A DNA stretch of 56,752 nt from contig JAUCBJ010003981.1 in assembly GCA_032718475.1 (NCBI GenBank), forward strand, positions 1-56,752, given 5' to 3'. The stretch is from Nemertoderma westbladi (lineage: Eukaryota; Animalia; Xenacoelomorpha). Each line of letters begins with the position of its first letter. Positions within the stretch are counted from its first letter, which is position 1. Shown here piece after piece: positions 1 to 11,593 of the stretch. Both the position numbers and the translations under genes were made by a program. The notes below the pieces were generated by a model. The model was given only the letters and a program-made list of their open reading frames with translations. It did not search any database and was not told the DNA's origin.

Positions 1-213
1 CGGATAACCAAAACACCATGATACCTGCCCCGTCCATAAAACCCAGACCACGCCACGCCAAGAATGTGGGTCAGAGGAAGTTGGACCGGAGTAGATCCAA
101 GTGCCGACCAACAGACACACCAGGTTCCTCTTGCACGCATACCATCCCTCCTAGCTACTAGAAAGCTACTAGAAGGACGAGACAGGGGGGCAAACTGGAC
201 GCAAATACCATGT

Positions 214-2709
214 GGGATTTGGGATTAGGAAATAAGGTATTTGAGATTTGGAAATAAGGTATTTGGGATTTGGGAATAAGGTATTTGGGATTTGGGAATA
301 ATATATTTGGGATTAGGGAATAAAGGTATTTGGGATTTGGGAATAAGGTATTTGGGATTTGGGAATAAGGTATTTGGGATTTGGGAATAAGATATTTGGG
401 ATTTGGAAATAAGGTATTTGGGATTTGGGAATAAGGTATTTGGGTTTTGGGAATAAGGTAATTGGGATTTGGGAATAAGGTATTTGGGATTTGGGAATAA
501 TATATTTGGGATTAGGGAATGAAGGTATTTGGGATTTGGGAATAAGGTATTTGGGTTTTGGGAATAAGGTAATTGGGATTTGGGAATAAGATATTTGGGA
601 TTTGGAAATAAGGTATTTGGGATTTGGGAATAAGGTATTTGGGATTTGGGAATAAGGTATTTGGGATTTGGGAATAAGGTATTTGGGATTTGGGAATAAG
701 GTATTTGGGATTTGGAATAAGGTATTTGGGATTTGGGAATAAGGTATTTGGGATTTGGGAATAAGGTATTTGGGATTTGGGAATAAGGTATTTGGGATTT
801 GGGAATAAGGTATTTGGGATTTGGGAATAAGGTATTTGGGATTTGGGAATAAGGTATTTGGGATTTGGGAATAAGGTATTTGGGATTTGGGAATAAGGTA
901 TTTGGGATTTGGGAATAAGGTATTTGGGATTTGGGAATAAGGTATTTGGGATTTGGGAATAAGGTATTTGGGATTTGGGAATAAGGTATTTGGGATTTGG
1001 GAATAAGGTATTTGGGATTTGGGAATAAGGTATTTGGGTTTTGGGAATAAGGTAATTGGGATTTGGGAATAAGGTATTTGGGATTTGGGAATAAGGTATT
1101 TGGGATTTGGGAATAAGGTATTTGGGATTTGGGAATAAGGTATTTGGGATTTGGGAATAAGGTATTTGGGATTTGGGAATAAGGTATTTGGGATTTGGGA
1201 ATAAGGTATTTGGGATTTGGGAATAAGGTATTTGGGATTTGGGAATAAGGTATTTGGGATTTGGGAATAAGGTATTTGGGATTTGGGAATAAGGTATTTG
1301 GGATTTGGGAATAAGGTATTTGGGATTTGGGAATAAGGTATTTGGGATTTGGGAATAAGGTATTTGGGATTTGGGAATAAGGTATTTGGGATTTGGGAAT
1401 AAGGTATTTGGGATTTGGGAATAAGGTATTTGGGATTTGGGAATAAGGTATTTGGGATTTGGGAATAAGGTATTTGGGATTTGGGAATAAGGTATTTGGG
1501 ATTTGGGAATAAGGTATTTGGGATTTGGGAATAAGGTATTTGGGATTTGGGAATAAGGTATTTGGGATTTGGGAATAAGGTATTGGGATTTGGGAATAAG
1601 GTATTTGGGATTTGGGAATAAGGTATTTGGGATTTGGGAATAAGGTATTTGGGATTTGGGAATAAGGTATTTGGGATTTGGGAATAAGGTATTTGGGATT
1701 TGGGAATAAGGTATTTGGGATTTGGGAATAAGGTATTTGGGATTTGGGAATAAGGTATTTGGGATTTGGGAATAAGGTATTTGGGATTTGGGAATAAGGT
1801 ATTTGGGATTTGGGAATAAGGTATTTGGGATTTGGGAATAAGGTATTTGGGATTTGGGAATAGTATTTGGGTATTTGGGAATAAGGTATTTGGGATTTGG
1901 GAATAAGGTATTTGGGATTTGGGAATAAGGTAATTGGGATTTGGGAATAAGGTATTTGGGATTTGGGAGTAGGTATTTGGGATTTGGGAATAAGGTATTT
2001 GGGATTTGGGAATAAGGTATTTGGGATTGGGAGATAAGGTATTTGGGATTTGGGAATAAGGTATTTGGGATTTGGAATAAGGTATTTGGGAATATGGGAT
2101 TTGGGAATAAGGTATTTGGGATTTGGGAATAAGGTATTTGGGATTTGGGAATAAGGTATTTGGGATTTGGGAATAAGGTATTTGGGATTTGGGAATAAGG
2201 TATTTGGGATTTGGGAATAAGGTATTTGGGATTTGGATAAGGTATTTGGGATTTGGGAATAAGGTATTTGGGATGGTATTTGGGATTTGGGAAGGTATTT
2301 TGGATTTGGGAATAAGGTATTTGGGATTTGGAAATAAGGTATTTGGGATTTGGGAATAAGGTATTTGGGATTTGGGAATAAGGTATTTGGGATTTGGGAA
2401 TAAGGTATTTGGGATTTGGGAATAAGGTATTTGGGTTTTGGGAATAAGGTAATTGGGATTTGGGAATAAGGTATTTGGGATTTGAGAATAAGGTATTTGG
2501 GATTTGGGAATAAGGTATTTAATTGGGATTTGGGAATAAGGTATTTTGGATTTTGGAATAAGGTATTTGGGATTTGGGAATAAGGTATTTGGGATTTGGA
2601 ATAAGGTATTTGGGATTTGGGAATAAGGTATTTGGGAATAAGGTATTTGGGATTTGGGAAAAAGGTATTTAATTTGGATTTGGGAATAAGGTATTTGGGA
2701 TTTTGGAAT
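214..2709 (+). repeat. 22-bp G-rich tandem array (GGGAATAAGGTATTTGGGATTT)n, about 110 copies
   Basis: Directly visible; very homogeneous centre and degenerate edges. Confidence 0.97.
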
Positions 2710-3792
2710 CTGTAGTTAAAACGTTTTACAAAATTATACAGGTTAGTAAAGAAGCGATGCAATTACGGAGGCGGGCAGATAGAACCAAAACAATAAACGA
2801 TAGTTAACACGTGTTACAAGATTATGTAGGTTAGTAAAGGAGCAGGTTACAGAGGCATGTTGATAGAACCAAAACAATAAACGATAGTTAACGTGTTACA
2901 ATATTATGCAGGTTAGTAAAGGAGCAGGTTACAGAGGCGGGCAGATAGAACCAAAATAATAAACGATAGTTAACACGTGTTACAAGATTATGTAGGTTAG
3001 TAAAGGAGCAGGTTACAGAGGCATGTTGATAGAACCAAAACAATAAACGATAGTTAACGTGTTACAATATTATGCAGGTTAGTAAAGGAGCAGGTTACAG
3101 AGGCGGGCACATAGAACCAAAACAATAAACGATAGTTAACGTGTTACAATATTATGCAGGTTAGTAAAGGAGCAGGTTACAGAGGCGGGCACATAGAACC
3201 AAAACAATAAACGATAGTTAACGTGTTACAATATTATGCAGGTTAGTAAAGGAGCAGGTTACAGAGGCGGGCACATAGAACCAAAATAATAAACGATAGT
3301 TAACACGTGTTACAAGATTATGTAGGTTAGTAAAGGAGCAGGTTACAGAGGCATGTTGATAGAACCAAAACAATAAACGATAGTTAACGTGTTACAATAT
3401 TATGCAGGTTAGTAAAGGAGCAGGTTACAGAGGCGGGCACATAGAACCAAAATAATAAACGATAGTTAACACGTGTTACAAGATTATGTAGGTTAGTAAA
3501 GGAGCAGGTTACAGAGGCGGGCAGATAGAACCAAAACAATAAACGATAGTTAACACGTGTTACAAGATTATGCAGGTTAGTAAAGGGCAGGTTACAGAGG
3601 CGGGCAGATAGAACCAAAACAATAAACGATAGTTAACACGTGTTATAAGATTATGCAGGTTAGTAAAGGAGCAGGTTACAGAGGCGGGCAGATAGAACCA
3701 AAACAAGAAACTATAGTTAACACGTGTTACAAGATTATGCAGGTTAGTAAAGGAGCAGGTTACAGAGGCGAATTTATTCGCCTCTGTAACCT
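2710..3792 (+). repeat. 82/84-bp tandem array, about 13 copies, ending in a 17-bp perfect hairpin
   Basis: Unit GATAGTTAAC(AC)GTGTTACAAGATTATGTAGGTTAGTAAAGGAGCAGGTTACAGAGGCGGGCAGATAGAACCAAAACAATAAAC. It ends with AGGTTACAGAGGCGAAT-TT-ATTCGCCTCTGTAACCT (3757-3792). Confidence 0.95.
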
Positions 3793-3915
3793 CGCCAATT
3801 TATAGGCGGTTTCAATAATATATAAAATAGTACAGTACCCGGTATTATGCGAATTGTATTTAATTTACCGCCAATAACCAATATTATGAAAAGTATTAGT
3901 AGGGAAAAACAAAGA

Positions 3916-5099
3916 TTAATGCAATCTATATGTATTATAGAAAACTATATAAGATCGCAGGAAAAAGTGAAACATATTTTTCGAACAAAAGTTAAGTGTA
4001 GACTTCGAACGATTGGCCTTTTTGTTAAATTGTTCAGCGGCAGAATAATTAATGTGTTCGTATTCCAGAAACTTTGAATGAGAAAAGTAATTGACTCCAC
4101 CAGGTTTACACTCTGGTGATTTATGGCCGTTTACATGGAATTTATCTACCATGAACAACCAACCATATTCATGGGGACGACGGCTAGTTACGTACTTATC
4201 CAGTCCACATGCATAATCATAAATTATTAATTTGGTATCCTTATAGTCAACGCTTATAAATTCAGCAACTTGTTTCAGACTTTATTTTTTTGACATTTCA
4301 GCAAAAGACTCGACATATCCGCATGACCTAACCCCAAATAGAACACCACATGTACGGCCTGAAAACTTCGGCACTACTTTTGAACACTCCATATCTGTAC
4401 GTTGAAGATCGCACTCTGAGATTTTTGTAGGTTTAGAAACTGGTCCATGTATTTTGCACCTAACCATGCCTGATCGGCTTCTAATGTTACAGAAGAATCA
4501 CAAACGTCGCCGTTATCTAGAGGCCTGCCACACATACCTCGAAAAAGCTTATAATTTCCATCAACGACAATTACATCTGAACATTTCGGAACATTACAAT
4601 TTAAATGATTATTGTGTAGTAACTCATCAATATGTGAAGCATAGCCACTACCTTCATTTTCTATAACAGATGATTTTTGTAATATAGGAGGTAAATTACA
4701 TAGAACATGGAACTGCAGCATTCGATACATGACTAAAGCCTGGGATAATAAATGTTTTTATATCTCACAACCTGTTTCTATTCGGTAATTAATCGCAATA
4801 GCATCAAATGTACCACCAAATACGTGCAATTATCTTATAAATCGATTCAATAAAGATTTTGAAAACACACTAACATTTGTCACCCAAAATAAAATTGCAT
4901 TATTGGCAAAATTAGTATACTCAAATGTGGACACAGTAATGGTTAATCCAGGCTTTAAATTTCTTCCACAACCCTTCACAAATTGTCGAGAATTTCCCCT
5001 ACATTTATATCGCACCCCAACATATTCTTTTTTGCCACTTTCTCCATACCAATCTGCTCTAATCTCAATAGTTTTCATGCGAAACCCACAGCAAAACAT
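3916..5099 (-). pseudogene. KDZ (Kyakuja-Dileera-Zisupton) family transposase, decayed
   Basis: Four ORF-track fragments join across three in-frame TAA stops and one frameshift. Ordered motifs: Cys-rich N-terminus, VVDGNYKLFR..C, RTCGVLFGVRSCG, (E)SLKQV, IIYDYACGL, FMVDKFH..GH...C, NYSAAEQFN. Confidence 0.8.
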
Positions 5100-5222
5100 C
5101 ACCAAAGAAAGTATGAAAATTAAATATTAAATATTAAGAGAATTCAATATCTTAACGAAAACGCCTCTTAAAAAACTAATAATAAAACACTACTACTAGT
5201 ATTATTCAACTGCATACTGCAG

Positions 5223-5447
5223 GGCCCATGTGAAGAATACCAGGTGTTCACCAAAAACACAGGTTACGAAGGGCTGAATCTAACCAAAACAACAAACGAA
5301 TTAGTACATGTACAGGTTATAAGACAGAAATAAGCGCTATAAACACTTAATAAAGATAAATGAAAAAAAATAAAAAATCTTCATATATTATAAAATTCCA
5401 ATAAAAAGTCGACCTCAAAGTGAATCCTGCTATTCTTCACATGGGCG
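5223..5447 (+). mobile_element. MITE family A, internally deleted copy
   Basis: Ends GGCCCATGTGAAGAATA and TATTCTTCACATGGGCG; 8-bp TSD TACTGCAG/AACTGCAG. Lacks the first ~55 bp present in full copies. Confidence 0.9.
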
Positions 5448-5797
5448 AACTGCAGAACTGTAATATACTGTAGTATTCTCAGCTGGAAATACATTTCTAC
5501 AAACTCAATATAATACAGTACTGCAGCGCTGTACTCCAGTGATAACATGGGATAGTGTGATGAGTAGTGAGAGACCTGTTTAACTTCAAGTGTGTCTCCT
5601 GCCCTTATTTATATAAATCTTTGTTCATTTGTTGTGAATTCGAAATATAAACAAAAAACGTTAATCCCAAATCCCAGATCAACTGAGACCCGTCAGCGGA
5701 AACAGCCAGTGCCGCTAGTCGGTGGGGTTGACTTGTTGAGGAGAGGCGTAATGAGATACGCATTGCGTATCTTCTTCAGTGAACCAATAATGGCAGA

Positions 5798-6128
5798 TCC
5801 CAAATTCCTTATTCCCAAAACCCAAATCCCAAATACCTTATTCCCAAATTCCAATACCTTATTCCCAAATCCCAAATACCTTATTCCCAAATCCCAAATA
5901 CCTTATTCCCAAATCCCAAATACCCTATTCCCAAATACCTTAATCCCAAATCCCAAATACCTTATTCCCAAATCCCAAATACCTTATTCCCAAATCCCAA
6001 ATACCATATTCCCAAATCCCAAATACCTTATTACCAAATCCCAAATACCTTATTCCCAAATCCCAAATTCCTTATTCCCAAATTCCATATTCCCAAATTC
6101 CTTATTACCAAAATCCAAATCCCAAATT
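5798..6128 (-). repeat. Inverted, more degenerate copy of the 22-bp array
   Basis: (CCCAAATCCCAAATACCTTATT)n, the reverse complement of the 214-2709 unit. Confidence 0.95.
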
Positions 6129-7129
6129 CACCATCTCTGGGATTTGCGTCCAGTTCCCCTGGAGAGATATTTTTCTGTGTGTGTCCAGTCCCCCCCCCCC
6201 CCCCCCCCCCCCTATCTGAGAAGGACCTCAGTTGCGTCATCAGTTGCATGAATATATATAAACGTTGATTAATCCAATCTTATTTAGATCCAAGGTCCAA
6301 GGTTAAGTTAACATGTAATTTCAGTTAAAAAAATTATGTAACCTGAAAAGCTAGCCCAGTGAACAAACCCAGTTGACAAAAATGTGGACTGGATAGGCGC
6401 CGTGGGCTTCAAAAATATGAAAATGCAAGTGATCTATCCGCGACTGATTTAGAATTCGGCATAGATTACCACCTGAACGTCATTATTATTTAACGAATTT
6501 CTTAACGAAATGTTGGTAAACCATATTACCATTGCACGTAACGTGTTCAATGTTTGTTTCAATGTTGTTCAATGTTTGCTTAACTTTCAGTTTATTAAAA
6601 CATTTATATTAAGAAAAATAAACCTGTCGCCCAAACCTATTAGGTGCTCTTTCATCAAATGGCATTTCACAATTATAATTGACAAACTAACTAGGATTAC
6701 TCCACATTAATAATTGACCATGTACCAGGTAGACTAATATAAATTCGTATTTTTGTCACCAAGACATCTTTCTTTGACAGCCAGACCATCTGTCAGCCTT
6801 CCTATTTTTCACTGATTTTGAAACTTTCGCCCTGAATCTTCAATAGTAACATTCGATTACAGCAAATTCAATCTGAATCATTGTCAAGGAGTCTCAAGCA
6901 CCCATACTCATGGACTTACTCTTCTTCTGATATTACAGACCCATAACGCTTTAACCAATTGTATTGAGATTTTGAAAAAATATGCGACCTCCATCTTCCT
7001 ACTAAGTTGTTCAAAATAAGATATTCCAAGGAGGCCATATGGCAAATAGCGGGGTTACTGGCGGCAATTAGAAGAAAAACTAATGTATACTGCACGCGGA
7101 GTTTGTTGGCAATCCCATAGCAACCAATG

Positions 7130-7500
7130 AGAATGCCTATAAAACATATCGTAATAATAATAATATGCTGATCTTGTGACCAGAATAAATACTACGCCTG
7201 TATTATTTCCAATTTAATAAGAACAAATCAAACATTAAAGGGCCTACCTGTACCAACTGTATTACATCGCGGTAAGAAACTGTTGACACCAAACAAACTC
7301 GTGTCTTCTAATAACACTATCGTAACGGAAACTTCAGATACAGCTAATGAATTTAACACTTTTTTACTTCGTTAGGAACCGAATTAATTTCCGAAATTCA
7401 AAATTCATCACGCAGTCCAACTCGTTTTATTTCAAATAACAAACCAAATTTAATTTTCACTGGTTGAAACAACTCCAATTGAAGTCCAGTTACTCTTAAA
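7130..7500 (+). pseudogene. Old LINE (CR1/L2-like) ORF2 remnant
   Basis: Frameshifted translation TETSDTANEFNTF/FTSLGTELISEI resembles the AN.FN.FF.S.G..L segment upstream of LINE RT domains. Confidence 0.45.
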
Positions 7501-9440
7501 TTTTTTTTAAAGAGGCCACAAAATAGCGCTTTAGTGGCCAAAAAGGATGTTCCTTGAACAATTTTGATTATGAGTTCAAATTTAGTGAATCTCTACAATT
7601 CTTGGTTGTATCCAATTCTATCGAGCAATTTTGGCTGAAATTGAGCTGGGGCCATTTTATACACAAAAGGCCCAAAAAGTTCCCGTTTTGGATCCTTTTC
7701 ACTCTAAAAAAATGGCCCAAAACATTTTTGCCAAAATTGCTTGACAGCCTTACAGTAGAGACAAGCAGATTTTTATCTCTGTTTCAAATTTCAACTGATT
7801 TCATTAAGAATTGTTCGAGAATATACCTTTTCGTGAAAAAAAAAATACATTCTGAGATAAAGGTGTTTAAAGTTTAAGGAAAAATTCAAACTCTCCCGCT
7901 ATTTTAGATAATAGGCCTACAATACTTTTTCGCGAAAATGGCCAAATTCAATTAAAAATATCGTGCTGCTCGAAGGGTTTTCAAAAAACAGACTTGCCCT
8001 TATGTTTTATACAATAACTCGAGTTTGAGGAAAGATTTGAGAAAGATGCTTGCAGATTTCAAATCTCCATTAAATTCAGCACAGGATAGGATCACAAAAA
8101 ATTTGATAATTTCAAAAATAGGAGATCTCTACCCCCTCACCTACATGTAAATAATATATATATATAATAATATTCTATAAGCTGCGACGGTTTTGTGCAC
8201 TTCGCACCTCAAAAAAATTTTGAATAATTTTTAAATAACTAGCAATTTTAAATTTGAAAAATAACGAGCTTTATGTTCTAGAACTTTATATATTTTATTT
8301 TATTTATGTTCTAGAATAGTGTATAATATTAACATTTTGTTCTAGAACTCTACAATGTTGCCATGGTAACAATGATTTATGTTATAAAAATGTAGTGCTA
8401 TACGGAACTGTTACCAAAATAACTATTATTCAATATTTTCTTATCACAATTATTTTTAGTGTTGGTGTTGACTCCATGAGTATAAAAATGTTGATCATTT
8501 CTCCAGGGCTTCCTTATTTGGTTCTATTGGATTTCTTGTTGCACACGAGCTTCAACATGCATTCCATAAAAATGCCAACCAGATCCACTTTGGCGGTTCG
8601 GCGATATCTGAGACCACATGGAAGCGGTTTACACAAACTTGGGAATGCGTTAGAAATATGTCCAATGTTTATGGAACATATGACATTGAAGTTAATAGGG
8701 ATAAAATCATAGCTGATATCATCGGAGATATGGGGGCGTTGGAGGTACGTTTAGCAACGACAACAATTAATATTAACATTAAACTATTAGTTTAGTAATA
8801 TGTATAGTATTTTTCCATTTTCTCTGTAAAACTAACTATCTGATCGCTGACGATTATCTACCTTTAGTAAGCGAGGACAGGTCATCATCATTCGTAATCA
8901 CTCTTTCTGGATTTCCACATGATATGAGTTTTTTTTTGTAAAAGTTGTCCGGCGAGCAACGAAGTATGGGACCTTATCATACCGCTGTTTCAACCGTTAT
9001 TTGTCTCTTGGTCTATCTGTCAGCTGATATTTTAAAGCTAATAAATAATTCTTTGGTGAAATGAAACCAAACTTGGTATATATGTATAGAATTTGCGTGA
9101 GGGTTTCAGCAGTCTCCATAAAACGGACGACTCGTCATCGGTTGAAATATTACTAGCCGTATGCTAAACTTGCTTTCTTCGTCTTGCGCAAAGGTCCACG
9201 AAAATGTTATTGATGGTAGAAGTGCTAAACCAATATATGATGCCTTTCTGCGGTGTCAGTTAACTATGCAAAGGTTGCCGCGATAAACGTAGATGATTCA
9301 AATTCAGTTTCATTGTCTATTTACATGTCTAGAGCTGTAAAGTATCATTTACTTCGATGTTAATGTACACCTGAACGATGTAGTACGTTATCTTCTATAG
9401 TTTCAATGTGCAATATTTAACTCACCATTAGTACTGATAG

Positions 9441-10000
9441 CGCCCGTGTGAAGCGTGCCCGCGTGTTTTCACTTTTCGGCCGACATTTTATTTGAATTTT
9501 ATATGAAGAAATTTGTATTTTTTTAATTTATCTTTATTAAGTGTTTTATAGAGCTTATTTCTGTCTTATAACCTGTGCATATGGCCCGTGTGAAGTATAG
9601 CAGACTTTCTGCTGTTATATTTCACTTTGCAGTTTACCCCCGTGTGAAAAATACCAGGTTTTCACTAAAACCACAGGTTACAGAAGGGCTAATTCTAACC
9701 AAAACAATAAACGAATAAGTACCTCTACAGGTTATAAGACAGAAATAAGCGCTAAAAAACACTTAATAATTTAAAAAAATACAAATTCTTCATATATAAA
9801 ATTGCAATAAAATTTCGACCGAAATGTGAAAACCTGGTATTCTTCACATGGGCGGTACATATACTTATTCGTTTATTGTTTTGGTTAGATTCAGCCCTTC
9901 TGTAACCTGTATTTTTGGTGTAAACCTGGTATTCTTCACATGGGGGTAAACTACAAAGTGAAACATAACAACAGAAAGTCTGGTATTTTTCACATGGGCC
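9441..10000 (-). mobile_element. MITE family A, outer copy, interrupted by a second copy
   Basis: CGCCCGTGTGAAG ... TTCACATGGGCC; 8-bp TSD ACTGATAG (9433-9440) / ACTGATGG (10001-10008). Confidence 0.9.
9583..9854 (+). mobile_element. MITE family A, nested inner copy
   Basis: GGCCCGTGTGAAG ... TTCACATGGGCG; 8-bp TSD GTGCATAT (9575-9582) / GTACATAT (9855-9862). Confidence 0.9.
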
Positions 10001-10139
10001 ACTGATGGCGTAAATAAAGTAAAAAATTCCGAGCGTTTGTCAATTATTCTTAGCAACATTTTATTTTATGTTAAAGTAAGTAATTAATTAACTCTCGCCC
10101 TACTCCTACTATTTTATTTTCTATTTCCCTATCGCAGAT

Positions 10140-10613
10140 ATACGGTGGCCCATAAATGTCAGCTGGATATAAATATGCACGGCAGTAATTAAAAACCAAT
10201 GCAGAAATGAAAGAGCCACTGCAAAAATTAAAAAGATTCAGCAAAATTGAAAAGCTACAGCAGAAATTAAAAAAAGCTACAGCAGAAATTAAAAAGCCAC
10301 GATATAAATGATAAATCCACGGCAAAATTAATTGCAGAATTTAAAAAACCAATAGGAGAATTTCAAAAAGTTGAGGCAGAAATTCAAAAAGCGAAATTAA
10401 AAACACATCGGAAATTAGAAAACACATGAGGAATTATTCAAAGGCATTGAAAATAATCACCGATTTTTAAGGAAAATGACTGACGCTGACTTAATTTCTA
10501 CAGTCACTTTTTAAGTTCTGTCATGGGTTTGTAATTTCTACACTGGCTTTGCATTTTGTAACAATTTTTGCCGTGCCTTACCTACATCTTGTGCCAATGC
10601 GGCGACCCCGTAC
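10140..10613. repeat. Degenerate short-period (~19 bp) subterminal repeats, probable non-autonomous DNA transposon
   Basis: Repeated GCAGAAATTAAAAAGCC-like units (10180-10420) with inverted degenerate units at 10490-10570; TACGG...CCGTA ends. Confidence 0.4.
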
Positions 10614-11397
10614 AATAAGCTAATTAGCTAAATATTAGGCTTATTATCTATTTTTTATATCCAATAGTTATCTTTCAATGCTTACCTGAATATGATTGAA
10701 GAAAGCTCGGAGGAACCCGAATTATTTGGTACCAACATGACGAACCAACAGGTATACTTTGTGAGTTTTGCTCAGAGTTTGTGTTCAATTGCTATCGAAC
10801 AAACAAAGACAATACAAGCAACCAGCCACTACTCACCAGATTTACACAGGTGAGTGAGTATATACAACAACCAGCTACACTCTTATCTACAATAAGCTTT
10901 AATGTATATTTTATTTTTAAATCCGTTGATTTCATTTCTGATGTCAGTTTTTACGACTGACCAACTCTAGTCTGACTATCTGTGTGTAGAATTTCTAATT
11001 AAGCAATGCTCGTAGGACACTCCTACCAAATTGAAAATGAATCTGCTGGCAGATACTATAATTTCAGCTACTTCTACGTTTCTGACAATTCGCCCCATAG
11101 CGGTAGACAGAAGAACTATAGAGGTCTGTCTGTGTGTAGAATATCTAAAATTGTGGTAAACTGTATGTGTACCAAGTTTGGTTTAATTTCATCAAGGAAT
11201 GACCGAGTTATTAACGATCGAAAATTAGACGACGACAGACGACTACAGATGACGACGACAAATAACTCGTTAATGGTACCCCTATGCTAAGGCTTCGCTC
11301 AGTACGTGGCTCTCCCCACATTGTGTCACTGTGACATATTGTTGTCACGCGAACCTTTAAAATTCCAGAGGGGGGGGGGGGGGGGCGACTTACTACA

Positions 11398-11593
11398 CAA
11401 TCAAAATTCATCCCTCTCCAAGGTAAAAATCGACGCAAATAACAGCTGAGTACTACTAAAAATAAAGCTGTAACGTTCGTTCTATTGACTTTAGTTTATT
11501 ATTTGGTTAGAATAACGTGCCGTTGTGACCTGCTCATTTCCATTAATTTATAATTTAAATTGAAACGAGATATTAATTCGCCAAAATGGGATT
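11398..11593 (+). repeat. Interspersed repeat family B, copy 1
   Basis: Colinear similarity to 35485-35685 (CAAAATTCAT.CCTCTCCA...ATCGAC.CAAAT ... TTAATTCGCC.A.ATGGGATT). Contains a degenerate GTTTATT.TTTGGTTAG ... GACCTGCTC module. Confidence 0.65.

Larger units (their letters stand above)
183..6161. mobile_element. Foldback-like TIR element with inverted subterminal 22-bp arrays, enclosing an 84-bp array, a KDZ transposase pseudogene and a MITE
   Basis: Left end CAGGGGGGCAAACTGGACGCAAAT (183-206) and right end ATTTGCGTCCAGTTCCCCTG (6142-6161) share a perfect 14-bp inverted core. Each end is followed inward by the same 22-bp repeat in opposite orientations. No clean TSD (GGACGAGA vs GAGAGATA). 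Confidence 0.65.

Noticed and set aside
214-2709. True telomeric repeat
   Set aside because: The 22-bp unit is not a known telomerase repeat, is internal, and has an inverted partner inside TE-like termini.
225-2762. 845-aa ORF (PKSQIPYSQIPNTLFPNPKYLI)n, also 5592-6251
   Set aside because: Product of a 22-bp satellite whose C-rich strand has no stop in any frame; units shift frame freely.
2710-3792. CRISPR-like array (also considered for 33808-34416 and 42394-44166)
   Set aside because: No unique spacers; variable parts are homologous to each other; no cas genes; eukaryotic context.
4282-4832. TAA reassignment or readthrough in the KDZ gene
   Set aside because: A frameshift is also present and the HSF-like ORF ends normally at TAA; simple decay explains the stops.
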